Origin: a virus
Lineage: Duplodnaviria; Caudoviricetes
Reading direction: 5' to 3' (one strand)
Virus record (IMG/VR): IMGVR_UViG_3300040751_000875
Location: 1,623 to 65,622 of that record
Length of the DNA stretch: 64,000 nt
The notes under the pieces are model-generated. The model worked only from the letters and a program-made list of their open reading frames with translations, did not search any database and was not told the DNA's origin. A program made the translations under genes and the position numbers. Of this stretch, positions 18,626 through 27,613 are shown piece after piece. How positions within the stretch are numbered: position 1 is the stretch's first letter; the number at the start of each line of letters is the position of its first letter.

Positions 18626-19322
18626 AGGGAATTTTATACATGAAAAAGTGGATTTGGGATATAACGACCTTTCTGCAAAGACAGGCTCTGGTGGTAGAAC
18701 ATACACCGCTCCTGATGGTAGTACTTATCCTTCTATTACAACAGTTCTGTCCATATTAGGCAGAGAGGCAATCCAGGCATGGAGAGCAAGAGTAGGGGAA
18801 GAAGAGGCAAATAAAATATCAAGAATTGCCTCAACAAGGGGTACAGCAGTACACGATATGTTAGAAAAGTATGTGGATAATGATCCGAACTTTTCTGAAG
18901 GTGTACTGCCACATATTCTACAATCATTTTATGATGTAAAAAATGTACTCGATACTAATTTACAAAAAGTTTATGCACAAGAGGCTCCTCTGTATTCGGA
19001 ACATTTAGGTCTGGCAGGTAGAGTGGATTGTGTTGGGGTATGGAATGGTAAAAATTCAATTATTGATTATAAAACATCCCGTAAACCCAAAAAGAAAGAA
19101 TGGATTGATGGTTACTTCATGCAGTGTGCAGCATATGCAATAATGTGGGAAGAAAGAACCGGAATGCCCATTACACAATTGGTTGTTATGATTGCTGTAG
19201 ATAACGAAGACCCTCAAGTCTTTATAGAACATAGAGATAATTGGGTTGATAAATTATTTGAAGTAATTGAACAGTATAAACTCGAAAAGAAACGAGAACA
19301 TATATTTGGAGAAAGGAGGTAA
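18609..19322 (+). CDS. PD-(D/E)XK exonuclease
   Basis: YPSITTVL, RGTAVH, AGRVDC, IIDYKTS, QCAAYA. Confidence 0.85.
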   Translation: MMTLNKGNFIHEKVDLGYNDLSAKTGSGGRTYTAPDGSTYPSITTVLSILGREAIQAWRARVGEEEANKISRIASTRGTAVHDMLEKYVDNDPNFSEGVLPHILQSFYDVKNVLDTNLQKVYAQEAPLYSEHLGLAGRVDCVGVWNGKNSIIDYKTSRKPKKKEWIDGYFMQCAAYAIMWEERTGMPITQLVVMIAVDNEDPQVFIEHRDNWVDKLFEVIEQYKLEKKREHIFGERR

Positions 19323-19323
19323 T

Positions 19324-19845
19324 ATGTTAAGTGTCGGAGATAAATTTCCTGCCTGTACTTTGCAGGGAGTAGATGAAAATAATGCTTTTGTCGAAGTAAA
19401 AATTGAGAATGGTTATACACCACATAAAAAAGATTGGAGTGTGGTTTATTTCTATCCAAAAGATTTTACCTTTATCTGTCCTACGGAAATTGCAGGAATG
19501 GATATGTTGGTAGAAGAAGCAAATGTTGTCGGTATTAGTGGTGATAATGAATTTTGCAAACTTGCATGGAAACAGAACAACGAATTAATCGGAAGTATTA
19601 ATCACGTTCTTGCTGCAGATTGTGGATTAGGATTATCACATAAGCTAGGTATTGTCAACGAAGAAGAAGGTGTGTGCTATAGAGCAACATTTATCTATGA
19701 TAGAGATATGGTGATTCAACACGTATCTGTCAATGCATTAGATACAGGTAGAAATGCACATGAAGTATTAAGAACTTTACAAGCACTTAAGGCTGGTGGT
19801 TTAACTGGCTGTGAGTGGAATCCAGGAGAGGAGTTTGTAGCATGA
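19324..19845 (+). CDS. ahpC: Peroxiredoxin (AhpC-type, 2-Cys)
   Basis: FYPKDFTFICPTE, GRN..E..R, C-terminal GCEW; AGGAGG RBS. Confidence 0.92.
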   Translation: MLSVGDKFPACTLQGVDENNAFVEVKIENGYTPHKKDWSVVYFYPKDFTFICPTEIAGMDMLVEEANVVGISGDNEFCKLAWKQNNELIGSINHVLAADCGLGLSHKLGIVNEEEGVCYRATFIYDRDMVIQHVSVNALDTGRNAHEVLRTLQALKAGGLTGCEWNPGEEFVA

Positions 19846-20066
19846 GAGAAAGAATGATAATTGCATTAAAGAATCATTATCACGGTGAGATTGGTAAACA
19901 TAAAATGAATGTTGAGACGTTTCTAGCCAACCCAGTAGGCGTTGGAGAACATATCGACATTATGGAAACCATATCTGGCGAGATTGGTAAGATTGCCGAA
20001 TATGAAGATAAATTAATGACTTTGGAAACACATTTTATTCTTCCAGAAAAAGAAATAAAAATTTAA
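19842..20066 (+). CDS. Conserved phage hypothetical protein
   Basis: NVE.FL.NPVGVGEH.DI motif. Confidence 0.7.
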   Translation: MRERMIIALKNHYHGEIGKHKMNVETFLANPVGVGEHIDIMETISGEIGKIAEYEDKLMTLETHFILPEKEIKI

Positions 20067-20073
20067 AAAAGTG

Positions 20074-20102
20074 TTGACAAAGTGTGGTATATTTGATATA
20101 AT
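20074..20102 (+). promoter_or_regulatory. Sigma70-type early promoter
   Basis: AAAAAAGTG-TTGACA-17-TATAAT. Confidence 0.85.
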
Positions 20103-20108
20103 ATACCC

Positions 20109-20573
20109 ATGAAAACAATTAAACATATTATCTTTGATATTGATGGAACCATTGCAAATGTACAGCATAGGCGTAAGTTTGTTGATGGTTCCCAACCCAA
20201 AGATTGGCCCGCCTTTAAAGCTGCTACAGTAAATGATACCCCTATTCAGTGGGTATGCGATGCGGCTAAACAACACGTACAGAATCAAGACGTTGTAATA
20301 TTCGTATCTGCAAGAAATACCACAGAAAGAGATATTACAGTAAAACAAATACAAGACTGGATTGGTATACAAGATCCTATCTTATTCTTAAGGCCTGAAG
20401 GTGATTACAGACCAGACCACGAATTTAAAAGTGATGTATTGGCTGAAATTAAGAATGCAATAGGTGGTAATCCAGACTTGGTTTATGATGACAGAAATAT
20501 GGTTGTTGATATGTGGAGATCACACGGAATAACCGTAAATCAAGTTGTTGATAGAGTTGCAGGTAATTTTTAG
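20109..20573 (+). CDS. HAD phosphatase, polynucleotide 3'-phosphatase-like (PseT C-terminal domain-like)
   Basis: FDIDGT, SAR, R.D...K, YDDR..VVDMWR..G. Confidence 0.85.
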   Translation: MKTIKHIIFDIDGTIANVQHRRKFVDGSQPKDWPAFKAATVNDTPIQWVCDAAKQHVQNQDVVIFVSARNTTERDITVKQIQDWIGIQDPILFLRPEGDYRPDHEFKSDVLAEIKNAIGGNPDLVYDDRNMVVDMWRSHGITVNQVVDRVAGNF

Positions 20574-20654
20574 TGAGGATACTAGGTTCGGGACATCATA
20601 CAGAGATTATAAACTACCCGGTAATCATCACCCTAGTATCCTCTCTAAAATTAC
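20563..20654 (+). other. Long inverted repeat enclosing a 45-nt loop
   Basis: GTAATTTTTAGTGAGGATACTAGG ... CCTAGTATCCTCTCTAAAATTAC. Confidence 0.75.
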
Positions 20655-20677
20655 TTGAAAAAAGTTTTAAAAAAGTG

Positions 20678-20706
20678 TTGACAAGATGTGTAAAATGTGT
20701 TATAAT
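20678..20706 (+). promoter_or_regulatory. Sigma70-type early promoter
   Basis: AAAAAAGTG-TTGACA-17-TATAAT. Confidence 0.85.
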
Positions 20707-20714
20707 ATACACAT

Positions 20715-21308
20715 ATGATAAGGAAAAATATGAAAGATAATATAATTTTAGTTGACTGTGATGGAGTGTTATGTGATTGGGAATATGCATTCACACAGTT
20801 TATGCACCACAAAGGGTTCCCAACCCTTGATACTACGGAATATAACGTAGGTAAAAGATTCGGATTTACCAGAGAACAAGGTCACACATTTGTTGAAGAA
20901 TTTAATGATTCTGCGGCCATTGCGTTCTTACCCCCTCTAAGAGATTCTGTGTATTACATGAAAAGGCTCAATATGTTACATGGGTTTAAATTTCATTGTA
21001 TTACATCACTCAGTACAAACAAGTATGCTCAGAAACTAAGAATTCAAAACCTAGAACTTTTATTTGGTAAAGAATTATGGGACGATTTTATTTTCCTACC
21101 ATGCGGCGCGGATAAAGACGAGGCACTTGAAAACTACGAAGATACTGGTTGTTTCTGGATTGAAGATAAACCAGCAAATGCTCAAGTAGGGCTTGATATA
21201 GGTCTTAATTCTATCCTAGTTGCCCATGAACATAACAGTTCCGAGACAAACATTCCTAGGTATTGGAAGTGGAAACATATTTACAAGCACATTGTGGGAG
21301 AACTATAA
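20715..21308 (+). CDS. HAD-family hydrolase (T4 gp30.2-like / 5'-nucleotidase-like)
   Basis: LVDCDGVL, ITS, K, WIEDK..N; upstream of DNA ligase; start may be 20730. Confidence 0.8.
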   Translation: MIRKNMKDNIILVDCDGVLCDWEYAFTQFMHHKGFPTLDTTEYNVGKRFGFTREQGHTFVEEFNDSAAIAFLPPLRDSVYYMKRLNMLHGFKFHCITSLSTNKYAQKLRIQNLELLFGKELWDDFIFLPCGADKDEALENYEDTGCFWIEDKPANAQVGLDIGLNSILVAHEHNSSETNIPRYWKWKHIYKHIVGEL

Positions 21309-22576
21309 TGCAACCATGGGAAATAATTAAACACATCGAATCGGATAACAGTAGGTTATTTAAAGAGGATGTCCTTAAACAACACATGGATAATCAAGAA
21401 TTCGTCAAGGGCCTACAGAAGTGTTTCGACCCTTTGATTACCTTTGGGACGAGGGAAGTACCTGTAAAGAAAGAACCCAACGGATTAATCGAGCCATGGT
21501 TTACATGGGATCAGTTTGAACAACTCTGTTATAATTTAGAGACCAGAACTCTTAGTGGTCATGCTGCAAGAGATGCCATACTTAATGCTATGGCAATTTG
21601 TGATCAAAATGCATGGAATTTCTGGTATCGTAGAATTCTATTAAAGTCAATCGATGCAGGATTTGGAGAAAGAACTATCAATAAAATTGCTAAGGGTACA
21701 ATCCCAAGATTTGGTTGTATGTTGGCAAAAGATGGTAAAGATGGTAAAGGTCTTGTAGGTAAGTGTCTTATTGAATACAAGTATGATGGTGTAAGGTGTA
21801 TTGCAATTGTAAAGAATAATATTGCTACTCTTTATAGTAGAAACGGTAAAGTATTTCCCAATTTTCCTCACATAGAGGCCGCTTTAAGTAAACCTGAATT
21901 TAATGATTGTGTCTTCGATGGCGAGATTATGAGTGAGAATTTTCAGGCATTAATGAAACAAGTTTATAGAAAGTCTGATGTCCAAACAGAAGATGCATTT
22001 ATGGCTCTATTTGATATAGTGGATTTACAAGAGTGGGAGAAAGGTAAAGGACATTTAAATACAATCGAAAGAAAAGAAATCATAGATAATATGAGCTTTG
22101 AAGATTGTATTAGACCAGTTGATTACACATTGGTAGACTTTGATGCCGAAAATGGTAACAAGACTTTCAAAGATATGAATAAAGAGGCATTAGAAAAAGG
22201 CTACGAAGGATTAATGGTTAAACCTATAGAGGCCTTATATGAATGTAAAAGATCTGCCTCTTGGTTAAAAATCAAACCTATTATTGAAGTCACTCTTATG
22301 GTAGAATACATAGAAGAAGGACAAGGTAAATTTATAGGTACAACTGGTGCCTTGGTTTGTGAAGGTGTTGATGATGGAGTACCTATTAAGGTTAATGTCG
22401 GATCTGGACTTACAGACGAATTACGAGATGCGATTTGGAATAATCAAGAAGATGTATTACATCAATTGGTTGAAATTAGAGCAGATGCCATTACTCAAAA
22501 TGAGGATGGTAATTACAGTTTAAGGTTCCCTAGATTTAAAACGTTTAGGGGTTTTGAAATAGGCGAAAAAATATAA
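21308..22576 (+). CDS. ATP-dependent DNA ligase
   Basis: EYKYDGVR, FDGEI, GYEGLMVK, WLKIK, SLRFPRF. Confidence 0.95.
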   Translation: MQPWEIIKHIESDNSRLFKEDVLKQHMDNQEFVKGLQKCFDPLITFGTREVPVKKEPNGLIEPWFTWDQFEQLCYNLETRTLSGHAARDAILNAMAICDQNAWNFWYRRILLKSIDAGFGERTINKIAKGTIPRFGCMLAKDGKDGKGLVGKCLIEYKYDGVRCIAIVKNNIATLYSRNGKVFPNFPHIEAALSKPEFNDCVFDGEIMSENFQALMKQVYRKSDVQTEDAFMALFDIVDLQEWEKGKGHLNTIERKEIIDNMSFEDCIRPVDYTLVDFDAENGNKTFKDMNKEALEKGYEGLMVKPIEALYECKRSASWLKIKPIIEVTLMVEYIEEGQGKFIGTTGALVCEGVDDGVPIKVNVGSGLTDELRDAIWNNQEDVLHQLVEIRADAITQNEDGNYSLRFPRFKTFRGFEIGEKI

Positions 22577-22585
22577 GGAGTTAAT

Positions 22586-22822
22586 ATGAGCTTTTCAGGA
22601 ACTAGCATAAAATATAGAGGCATTGCAAAGGATTCAACCATTGTGTGGAAACCTAAGACATATGCAATCGATGCATTTGATTACGATAAGGTTAAGGCCA
22701 GAGTAGAAAAATGTAAAGAAGAGGGTGATAAAAAGGCCCTAGAGGTAATCACAAAAAATATCAAAAGGGTATGTAAAGATAACCCAGAGATATTTGATGA
22801 TTTTTTAAAACTTGTAACATAA
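22586..22822 (+). CDS. Hypothetical protein
   Basis: TAAGGAG RBS, ORF. Confidence 0.65.
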   Translation: MSFSGTSIKYRGIAKDSTIVWKPKTYAIDAFDYDKVKARVEKCKEEGDKKALEVITKNIKRVCKDNPEIFDDFLKLVT

Positions 22823-22830
22823 GGAGAATA

Positions 22831-23025
22831 ATGCCAGTAAAATTAGGAAAGTCTTACAAGACTGTTGACAGAGCCACTAAAAAGGCGACTGTAGTAAATC
22901 CATACATAAAGGGTATGGCAAAAAAGGATCTCATAGAAAAGTATAACGATAAAAATACTAGACCGAGAGATAAAAGGAAGATTAAAAATGAGTTGGTTAG
23001 GAGAGGCGGCGTCGTCTTTAATTAA
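22831..23025 (+). CDS. Small basic hypothetical protein
   Basis: TAAGGAG RBS; KIKNELVRRG. Confidence 0.65.
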   Translation: MPVKLGKSYKTVDRATKKATVVNPYIKGMAKKDLIEKYNDKNTRPRDKRKIKNELVRRGGVVFN

Positions 23026-23118
23026 AGGTATATTCAATACCATCAAATGGGTAATCATATTCTGCACAGTCGTTGCAGTTTGTATGACTACTATCGAAGT
23101 ATTCTAATTATCTGGCTG

Positions 23119-23126
23119 TATAAATA
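23119..23126 (+). promoter_or_regulatory. T4-type late promoter
   Basis: Intergenic TATAAATA just before ATG 23132. Confidence 0.6.
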
Positions 23127-23131
23127 GATAT

Positions 23132-23290
23132 ATGGCCAGATCTGCAAAAATTATAAAGACAATTGTTTCTAAACCCAAGTGTACTTCACAGGGTATAGGT
23201 GGACGTGGTCGTTCAACCAAAATAGGGTTGAGTACTATGAATAAAGACAAAAAGAGGAGTCATAAGGCATATCGTGGGCAAGGTAAGTAA
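23132..23290 (+). CDS. Small basic protein ending YRGQGK
   Basis: MARSAKIIKT...KCTSQG...KAYRGQGK*; 52 aa, below ORF track cutoff. Confidence 0.65.
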   Translation: MARSAKIIKTIVSKPKCTSQGIGGRGRSTKIGLSTMNKDKKRSHKAYRGQGK

Positions 23291-23489
23291 AAACGATATT
23301 ACTGGAGACAGTATTCAAACAAAAGTAGCAAGTAATGCATATTGGGATAACTATGATGCAATATTTGGGAAAAAACAAAAACTAAAGCAACAGTCAATGA
23401 CTGAACTTAATTGGGATGGAAATGAAGACCGAGGCAGATATGGAGAAGACGAGTCGGCACAAAACAAGGTATCATCGGGTTCTGTTTGA
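23274..23489 (+). CDS. Small hypothetical protein
   Basis: KNDITGDSIQTK...YWDNYDAIFGKK phage-type motif. Confidence 0.55.
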   Translation: MGKVSKNDITGDSIQTKVASNAYWDNYDAIFGKKQKLKQQSMTELNWDGNEDRGRYGEDESAQNKVSSGSV

Positions 23490-23589
23490 TCAGGACAGTC
23501 CATTCAAGCGTCATCGAGTTGTTCCCAATAAAAAGAAAAATATACCCAGAAAGAATAAGAATGGGAATATAAATATAAGAGAGGATTAA
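23422..23589 (+). CDS. Small basic hypothetical protein (ArfA-like pattern)
   Basis: RVLFDQDSPFKRHRVVPNKKKNIPRKNK; start 23422 or 23440. Confidence 0.45.
   Translation: MKTEADMEKTSRHKTRYHRVLFDQDSPFKRHRVVPNKKKNIPRKNKNGNINIRED
23568..23575 (+). promoter_or_regulatory. T4-type late promoter
   Basis: TATAAATA upstream of ATG 23592. Confidence 0.55.
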
Positions 23590-23591
23590 AT

Positions 23592-23855
23592 ATGGCAGAT
23601 TTATTAGATTTTGATTTCGGGTTTACCGCAGTTGATGAAAATGAACTAGAAGCAGTCCAAAAGGTTACTACCGAGGCTTCTAGCACGTCCGCTTCTCTAC
23701 AAGAAACAGAAGAGAAACTTAATAAATTGTATAATTCGATCTTGCCACTTCTTACCAATTTAAAGAAGAATCCCGAAAAGGAATATATTCTCTGGCCAAA
23801 TAGAGTAGAAAAGATAGAGCAATTTGAAGATTTAATTTCGGGGATAATTAAATGA
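23592..23855 (+). CDS. Conserved phage hypothetical protein
   Basis: DFDFGFTAVDE, PLL.NLKKNPEKEYI.WPNR. Confidence 0.75.
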   Translation: MADLLDFDFGFTAVDENELEAVQKVTTEASSTSASLQETEEKLNKLYNSILPLLTNLKKNPEKEYILWPNRVEKIEQFEDLISGIIK

Positions 23856-25186
23856 CATTAATTTCAAGTGGGGCATTGGCATTAAAAGATAATGGCACAA
23901 ACCCGTCAAGTAGCACGATACATGATACTGGATATAATGCATTTTCTCTTGCATCTGATACGTCGTTTTCTTTACACCAAGCTTATCGGTTATTTTTTGA
24001 TGGCGAATTCAATCAGTGGGAATATGATGTCGATGTACTCGTTGATGGGACTGCATATGTATATAAAAGGTCATCAACTTCTGCATATCATGATTCAGGC
24101 CACCAAAACAATATATTTTCAACAAGCGGATTCAATGCCGATATAGGTACTGCATTACAATTATCCGGAACAGCAACTGGAAATGCATCACAAACTTATA
24201 TTTCTGGAATAGGTTTAAATGCTAGTTCAAGTTCTACACTAGGAAGTTTATCCGCATCTGCTCAAACATTTACATCACCTGATGGTAGTGGACGTACTAT
24301 TAGTGATTTCGGAATGTGCCAAAATACAAATTCAAATACGGGTTATAACACATCCCAAGATAAGGGTAATATAATTTGGTTCGGCCTAGTTGGTCAAGTA
24401 AGTAATAGTGATACTGCAGCATTTTATAATCTGACTTTGTATGATAATAATGGTAATGGAATAACCAGTCTTTTAAGATCAAATGCAACTTATAGATATG
24501 ATGGTAATGTTACAATTTGGACTTGGCATAATGTTGTCGATTCTAATATGAATTCTATAAACCAAAGTAATGTCACTAGAGTAATATTGACTAGTGCCTC
24601 TGCAGTAACATATAATAATGGTATTTCCGAAGAGATGTCAGGCGGTACCGATTCTAATCCAATTGAAATAAGTGATTATTATAAAGATGGTATATACCAC
24701 AATACAACTGGAATACCTACTTCCGGCCAAATAGAATTTTCAGACTTTTATGGAAAGGCAAGAGTTGGAGCAGGCGGCACTAGTATACATGCATCTGCCT
24801 GGGTTGGTGAATTTAATTGGAACTATGTGTCGTTTTCTGGATATAATAGCTCAACAAGTCTAGGATCTATAAGCAGTTCTTCTTTTACTTATCCAAGTAG
24901 CACTACTGCAACAATCATTACTCTTTACAATATTAATAACGGAACTACTTATTTGACTTTAAGTGGAGCTTCGTTTCCAAATAGTGGTTGGTCGAATTTA
25001 AAAATATGGACAAATAATTCCACCGGATCGGGTAGTCCGACTTATACTCTTACCCGAAGTAGTGCCACAGCGTCTTATAATACAGGTACTTCTCCGCATC
25101 AAGTCACTTGGTATTGGAGTGTTGCTCATGCATATGCACCGGCAAGTATTGGATCAACATATAATAACTATTTGGTAATCGACTAA
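23852..25186 (+). CDS. Putative tail fibre tip / adhesin-like virion protein
   Basis: S/T/N/G-rich beta protein; MTLISSGAL and NPIEISDYY..GIPTSGQIEFSDFYG anchor motifs. Confidence 0.65.
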   Translation: MTLISSGALALKDNGTNPSSSTIHDTGYNAFSLASDTSFSLHQAYRLFFDGEFNQWEYDVDVLVDGTAYVYKRSSTSAYHDSGHQNNIFSTSGFNADIGTALQLSGTATGNASQTYISGIGLNASSSSTLGSLSASAQTFTSPDGSGRTISDFGMCQNTNSNTGYNTSQDKGNIIWFGLVGQVSNSDTAAFYNLTLYDNNGNGITSLLRSNATYRYDGNVTIWTWHNVVDSNMNSINQSNVTRVILTSASAVTYNNGISEEMSGGTDSNPIEISDYYKDGIYHNTTGIPTSGQIEFSDFYGKARVGAGGTSIHASAWVGEFNWNYVSFSGYNSSTSLGSISSSSFTYPSSTTATIITLYNINNGTTYLTLSGASFPNSGWSNLKIWTNNSTGSGSPTYTLTRSSATASYNTGTSPHQVTWYWSVAHAYAPASIGSTYNNYLVID

Positions 25187-26070
25187 TGGAATATACATAT
25201 AAAAATTTGGGTGGTGAATCTATACTTGCGGATGAAAACTTACCGAGTCCTAAACATCCAATTATTAGAGTTACTGATAATAATGGTAATTTTTCTGAAA
25301 AACAAATGGTCTATACCGACAATGCATTAGACTTTGATAAAAGTGAAAGATCTGTTTTGGCAGGTTACGAAATGGCTATAGGTCAAGGTAAGACCCACAT
25401 GGACTATACTTTTGCAAATTTAGGAAAGGTATGGAGAGATGATGTATATATGGCTGGGGAATTAGCCAGACAAGATATTTCTATCTCAACAGATGAAGGT
25501 TCTTCTATAGTAGATAAATTAGAAGCAGGATGGGACGGATTTATTCCTGATTACAGGACACGGAATATTAATTTAGTATCAGAGTTTACTCCTTTGAGAG
25601 CGCCGTATGTCAATGATAGCATTTCTTTCTATGAACAGAATCCACCAAGCGAAGAATTAATTACTCAGTATGGTCTACCCTATGAAACATATTTGCCATG
25701 GTATGGTTTAAAATTCGACAAAGTTACTGATTCTGTTGCAATGAAGGCTGTATTACCATTATTTGAAATGCACAGAGTACACTCAGACATTGCTACGAAA
25801 ATAGAAAAGTTAATACCAGTTTGCGGTAATCATTTCTTTGCAGTTATATATAATACCGAGAAAGAAATAAATAGTAATATTGATGTTTATTTTTATGCAA
25901 GTCACGATACTGTTTCAAACTGGATTAATATTAAAAATCCGGACATGGTAATACCATATACAGATACTTCATTAAATGATAAACTATGGATTTGGGGCGC
26001 TGTATATAATACAGAATTAAATAGACTTACGCATCTTAAGGCGTATATAAGATATTATTTAGAGGATTAA
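25186..26070 (+). CDS. Hypothetical protein
   Basis: 294-aa ORF coupled to the adhesin-like gene. Confidence 0.65.
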   Translation: MEYTYKNLGGESILADENLPSPKHPIIRVTDNNGNFSEKQMVYTDNALDFDKSERSVLAGYEMAIGQGKTHMDYTFANLGKVWRDDVYMAGELARQDISISTDEGSSIVDKLEAGWDGFIPDYRTRNINLVSEFTPLRAPYVNDSISFYEQNPPSEELITQYGLPYETYLPWYGLKFDKVTDSVAMKAVLPLFEMHRVHSDIATKIEKLIPVCGNHFFAVIYNTEKEINSNIDVYFYASHDTVSNWINIKNPDMVIPYTDTSLNDKLWIWGAVYNTELNRLTHLKAYIRYYLED

Positions 26071-26071
26071 T

Positions 26072-26536
26072 ATGTTTTTTAATAGAGACAAAGAAATTGA
26101 CGTTGATCAATTAAGAGAACAACTAATTATTGACGAGGGACAGGTAAATGAAATTTATCATGACCATTTGGGTTATCCTACATTTGGGATTGGACATTTG
26201 GTTATCGAAGGAGACCCAGAACATGGGCTGGAGGTCGGTACTCCAGTGGCAGAGGATAGAGTTATTGAAGTCTTTGCCAAAGATGTAGAAACAGTTATAA
26301 AGGATTGTAAAAAATTACATGATGGTTGGGACGGTTACCCCCAAGAGGTAAAACAGATCGTTGCAAATATGATGTTTAATATGGGACTCACGCGCTTGAG
26401 CAAATTTAAGAACCACAACGCAGCGCTGCAATGTGGTGATTGGAAGGAGGCGGCCAAAGAAGGTCGTGATTCAAGATGGCACAAACAAGTGACAAATCGA
26501 GCAGAAAGACTTATGTCGAGACTAGAGGCGGTATAA
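26072..26536 (+). CDS. Lysozyme (GH24, T4 lysozyme-like)
   Basis: LIIDEG..EIYHDHLGYPTFGIGH, NMMFNMG, SRWHKQVTNRA. Confidence 0.93.
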   Translation: MFFNRDKEIDVDQLREQLIIDEGQVNEIYHDHLGYPTFGIGHLVIEGDPEHGLEVGTPVAEDRVIEVFAKDVETVIKDCKKLHDGWDGYPQEVKQIVANMMFNMGLTRLSKFKNHNAALQCGDWKEAAKEGRDSRWHKQVTNRAERLMSRLEAV

Positions 26537-26653
26537 AATACTATCAGACCGACGAACCTCAAACGGAAAGGGGATGGTATTGGTGTTACGAAAAGAAAGG
26601 TCTTTTCAGATACACTGATTGGAATTTAACAATAGAAGAAATGGAGAAAAAAT

Positions 26654-26902
26654 ATGGCTGAATCAGTCAAAATTTTAGGGACGGAAACAGATTTAACAGC
26701 TGCAACTGCTGTTGGTAATGCTACTTTGGTTAGAGTATATAATTCAGGCGCTGCTGCACAGGTTACACTAAAAACTGGAGCAACTATTGCAGGCACAGTT
26801 ACCTTAAAGCAATACGAATGTATAAATCTTCAAAAAGCCCCTACGCAAACATTAGAGGGTGGAGCAGCGTTTAAAGTAGTAAAAATAGCATTTACTAACT
26901 AA
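26654..26902 (+). CDS. Hypothetical beta-rich small protein
   Basis: GGAG RBS, ORF. Confidence 0.65.
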   Translation: MAESVKILGTETDLTAATAVGNATLVRVYNSGAAAQVTLKTGATIAGTVTLKQYECINLQKAPTQTLEGGAAFKVVKIAFTN

Positions 26903-26929
26903 TAACCATCTAACTTAAGGCCTCTTACT

Positions 26930-26937
26930 TATAAATA
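26930..26937 (+). promoter_or_regulatory. T4-type late promoter at head of curli-like cluster
   Basis: Intergenic TATAAATA 5 nt before ATG 26943. Confidence 0.65.
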
Positions 26938-26942
26938 GAAGT

Positions 26943-27239
26943 ATGGCCGAAATCTTTGAACTTATTGCTCAAGTTGGTGCTCCTATTGCTGGAGCACTTG
27001 CAATGGGCGTCTTTATTTTTCTAATTATAAAACAAATATTAGAAGGGCTAGTCGGTCAGATTAGAACCCTTACAATATTCTGCGAGTCCTTAGAAAATAG
27101 AGCTAGAACTATGGCGAATGAAATGATTAAAATTGATATGTTAGTCAGTAGTGCGCTAAAACTTAGGCCAGATATAGAAAGGGTTGCGCGCGCAGAAAAC
27201 TTTGTCGAAGACGGCAAGGTTGATGTGAGGCGCGATTAA
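26943..27239 (+). CDS. Single-TM plus coiled-coil protein (YvrJ/BhlA-like pattern)
   Basis: VGAPIAGALAMGVFIFLII TM followed by heptads. Confidence 0.65.
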   Translation: MAEIFELIAQVGAPIAGALAMGVFIFLIIKQILEGLVGQIRTLTIFCESLENRARTMANEMIKIDMLVSSALKLRPDIERVARAENFVEDGKVDVRRD

Positions 27240-27346
27240 TGGTAGATGAAATTGAAATGGTTCAATATTCATTTTCTAAAGACTTCATATTGGTATGCTC
27301 AATAGGGCTTAATATAGGGTTTTTAATTGGGTTATTATTCATATAG
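27239..27346 (+). CDS. Tiny membrane peptide (35 aa)
   Basis: TAATG coupling; FILVCSIGLNIGFLIGLLFI. Confidence 0.4.
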   Translation: MVDEIEMVQYSFSKDFILVCSIGLNIGFLIGLLFI

Positions 27347-27355
27347 GAGTAAACA

Positions 27356-27613
27356 ATGGATCAATTGGTAAACGGTATATCTGATTATGGTTTTCCTATT
27401 GTTGCATGTGTTGGATTTGGATACTTTTTATATTATATTTGGTGTTTTATTTCGGATGTGATAGAACCTGAAATTGAAAAAATGCATATGGCATTAATTA
27501 GAGTTATTGATCAAACAAGAATGCTGGATCAAGATTTAATAAGGTTACAGCAAAAGGTCAATGTGGTATTGGAATATAAGGAAAATGAAAAGAAAAGACA
27601 AACTGAAGAGTAA
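27356..27613 (+). CDS. Single-TM plus coiled-coil protein, paralogue of 26943
   Basis: YGFPIVACVGFGYFLYYIW; AGGAG RBS. Confidence 0.65.
   Translation: MDQLVNGISDYGFPIVACVGFGYFLYYIWCFISDVIEPEIEKMHMALIRVIDQTRMLDQDLIRLQQKVNVVLEYKENEKKRQTEE

Noticed and set aside
18609-19322. Exonuclease as Cas4 of a CRISPR system
   Set aside because: No Fe-S cysteine cluster pattern, no other cas genes and no repeat-spacer array; it is the usual T4-like exonuclease after phoH
26476-26661. 61-aa ORF overlapping the lysozyme end
   Set aside because: Plausibly a real small gene (RGWYWC motif) but the start is unclear, so it was not called
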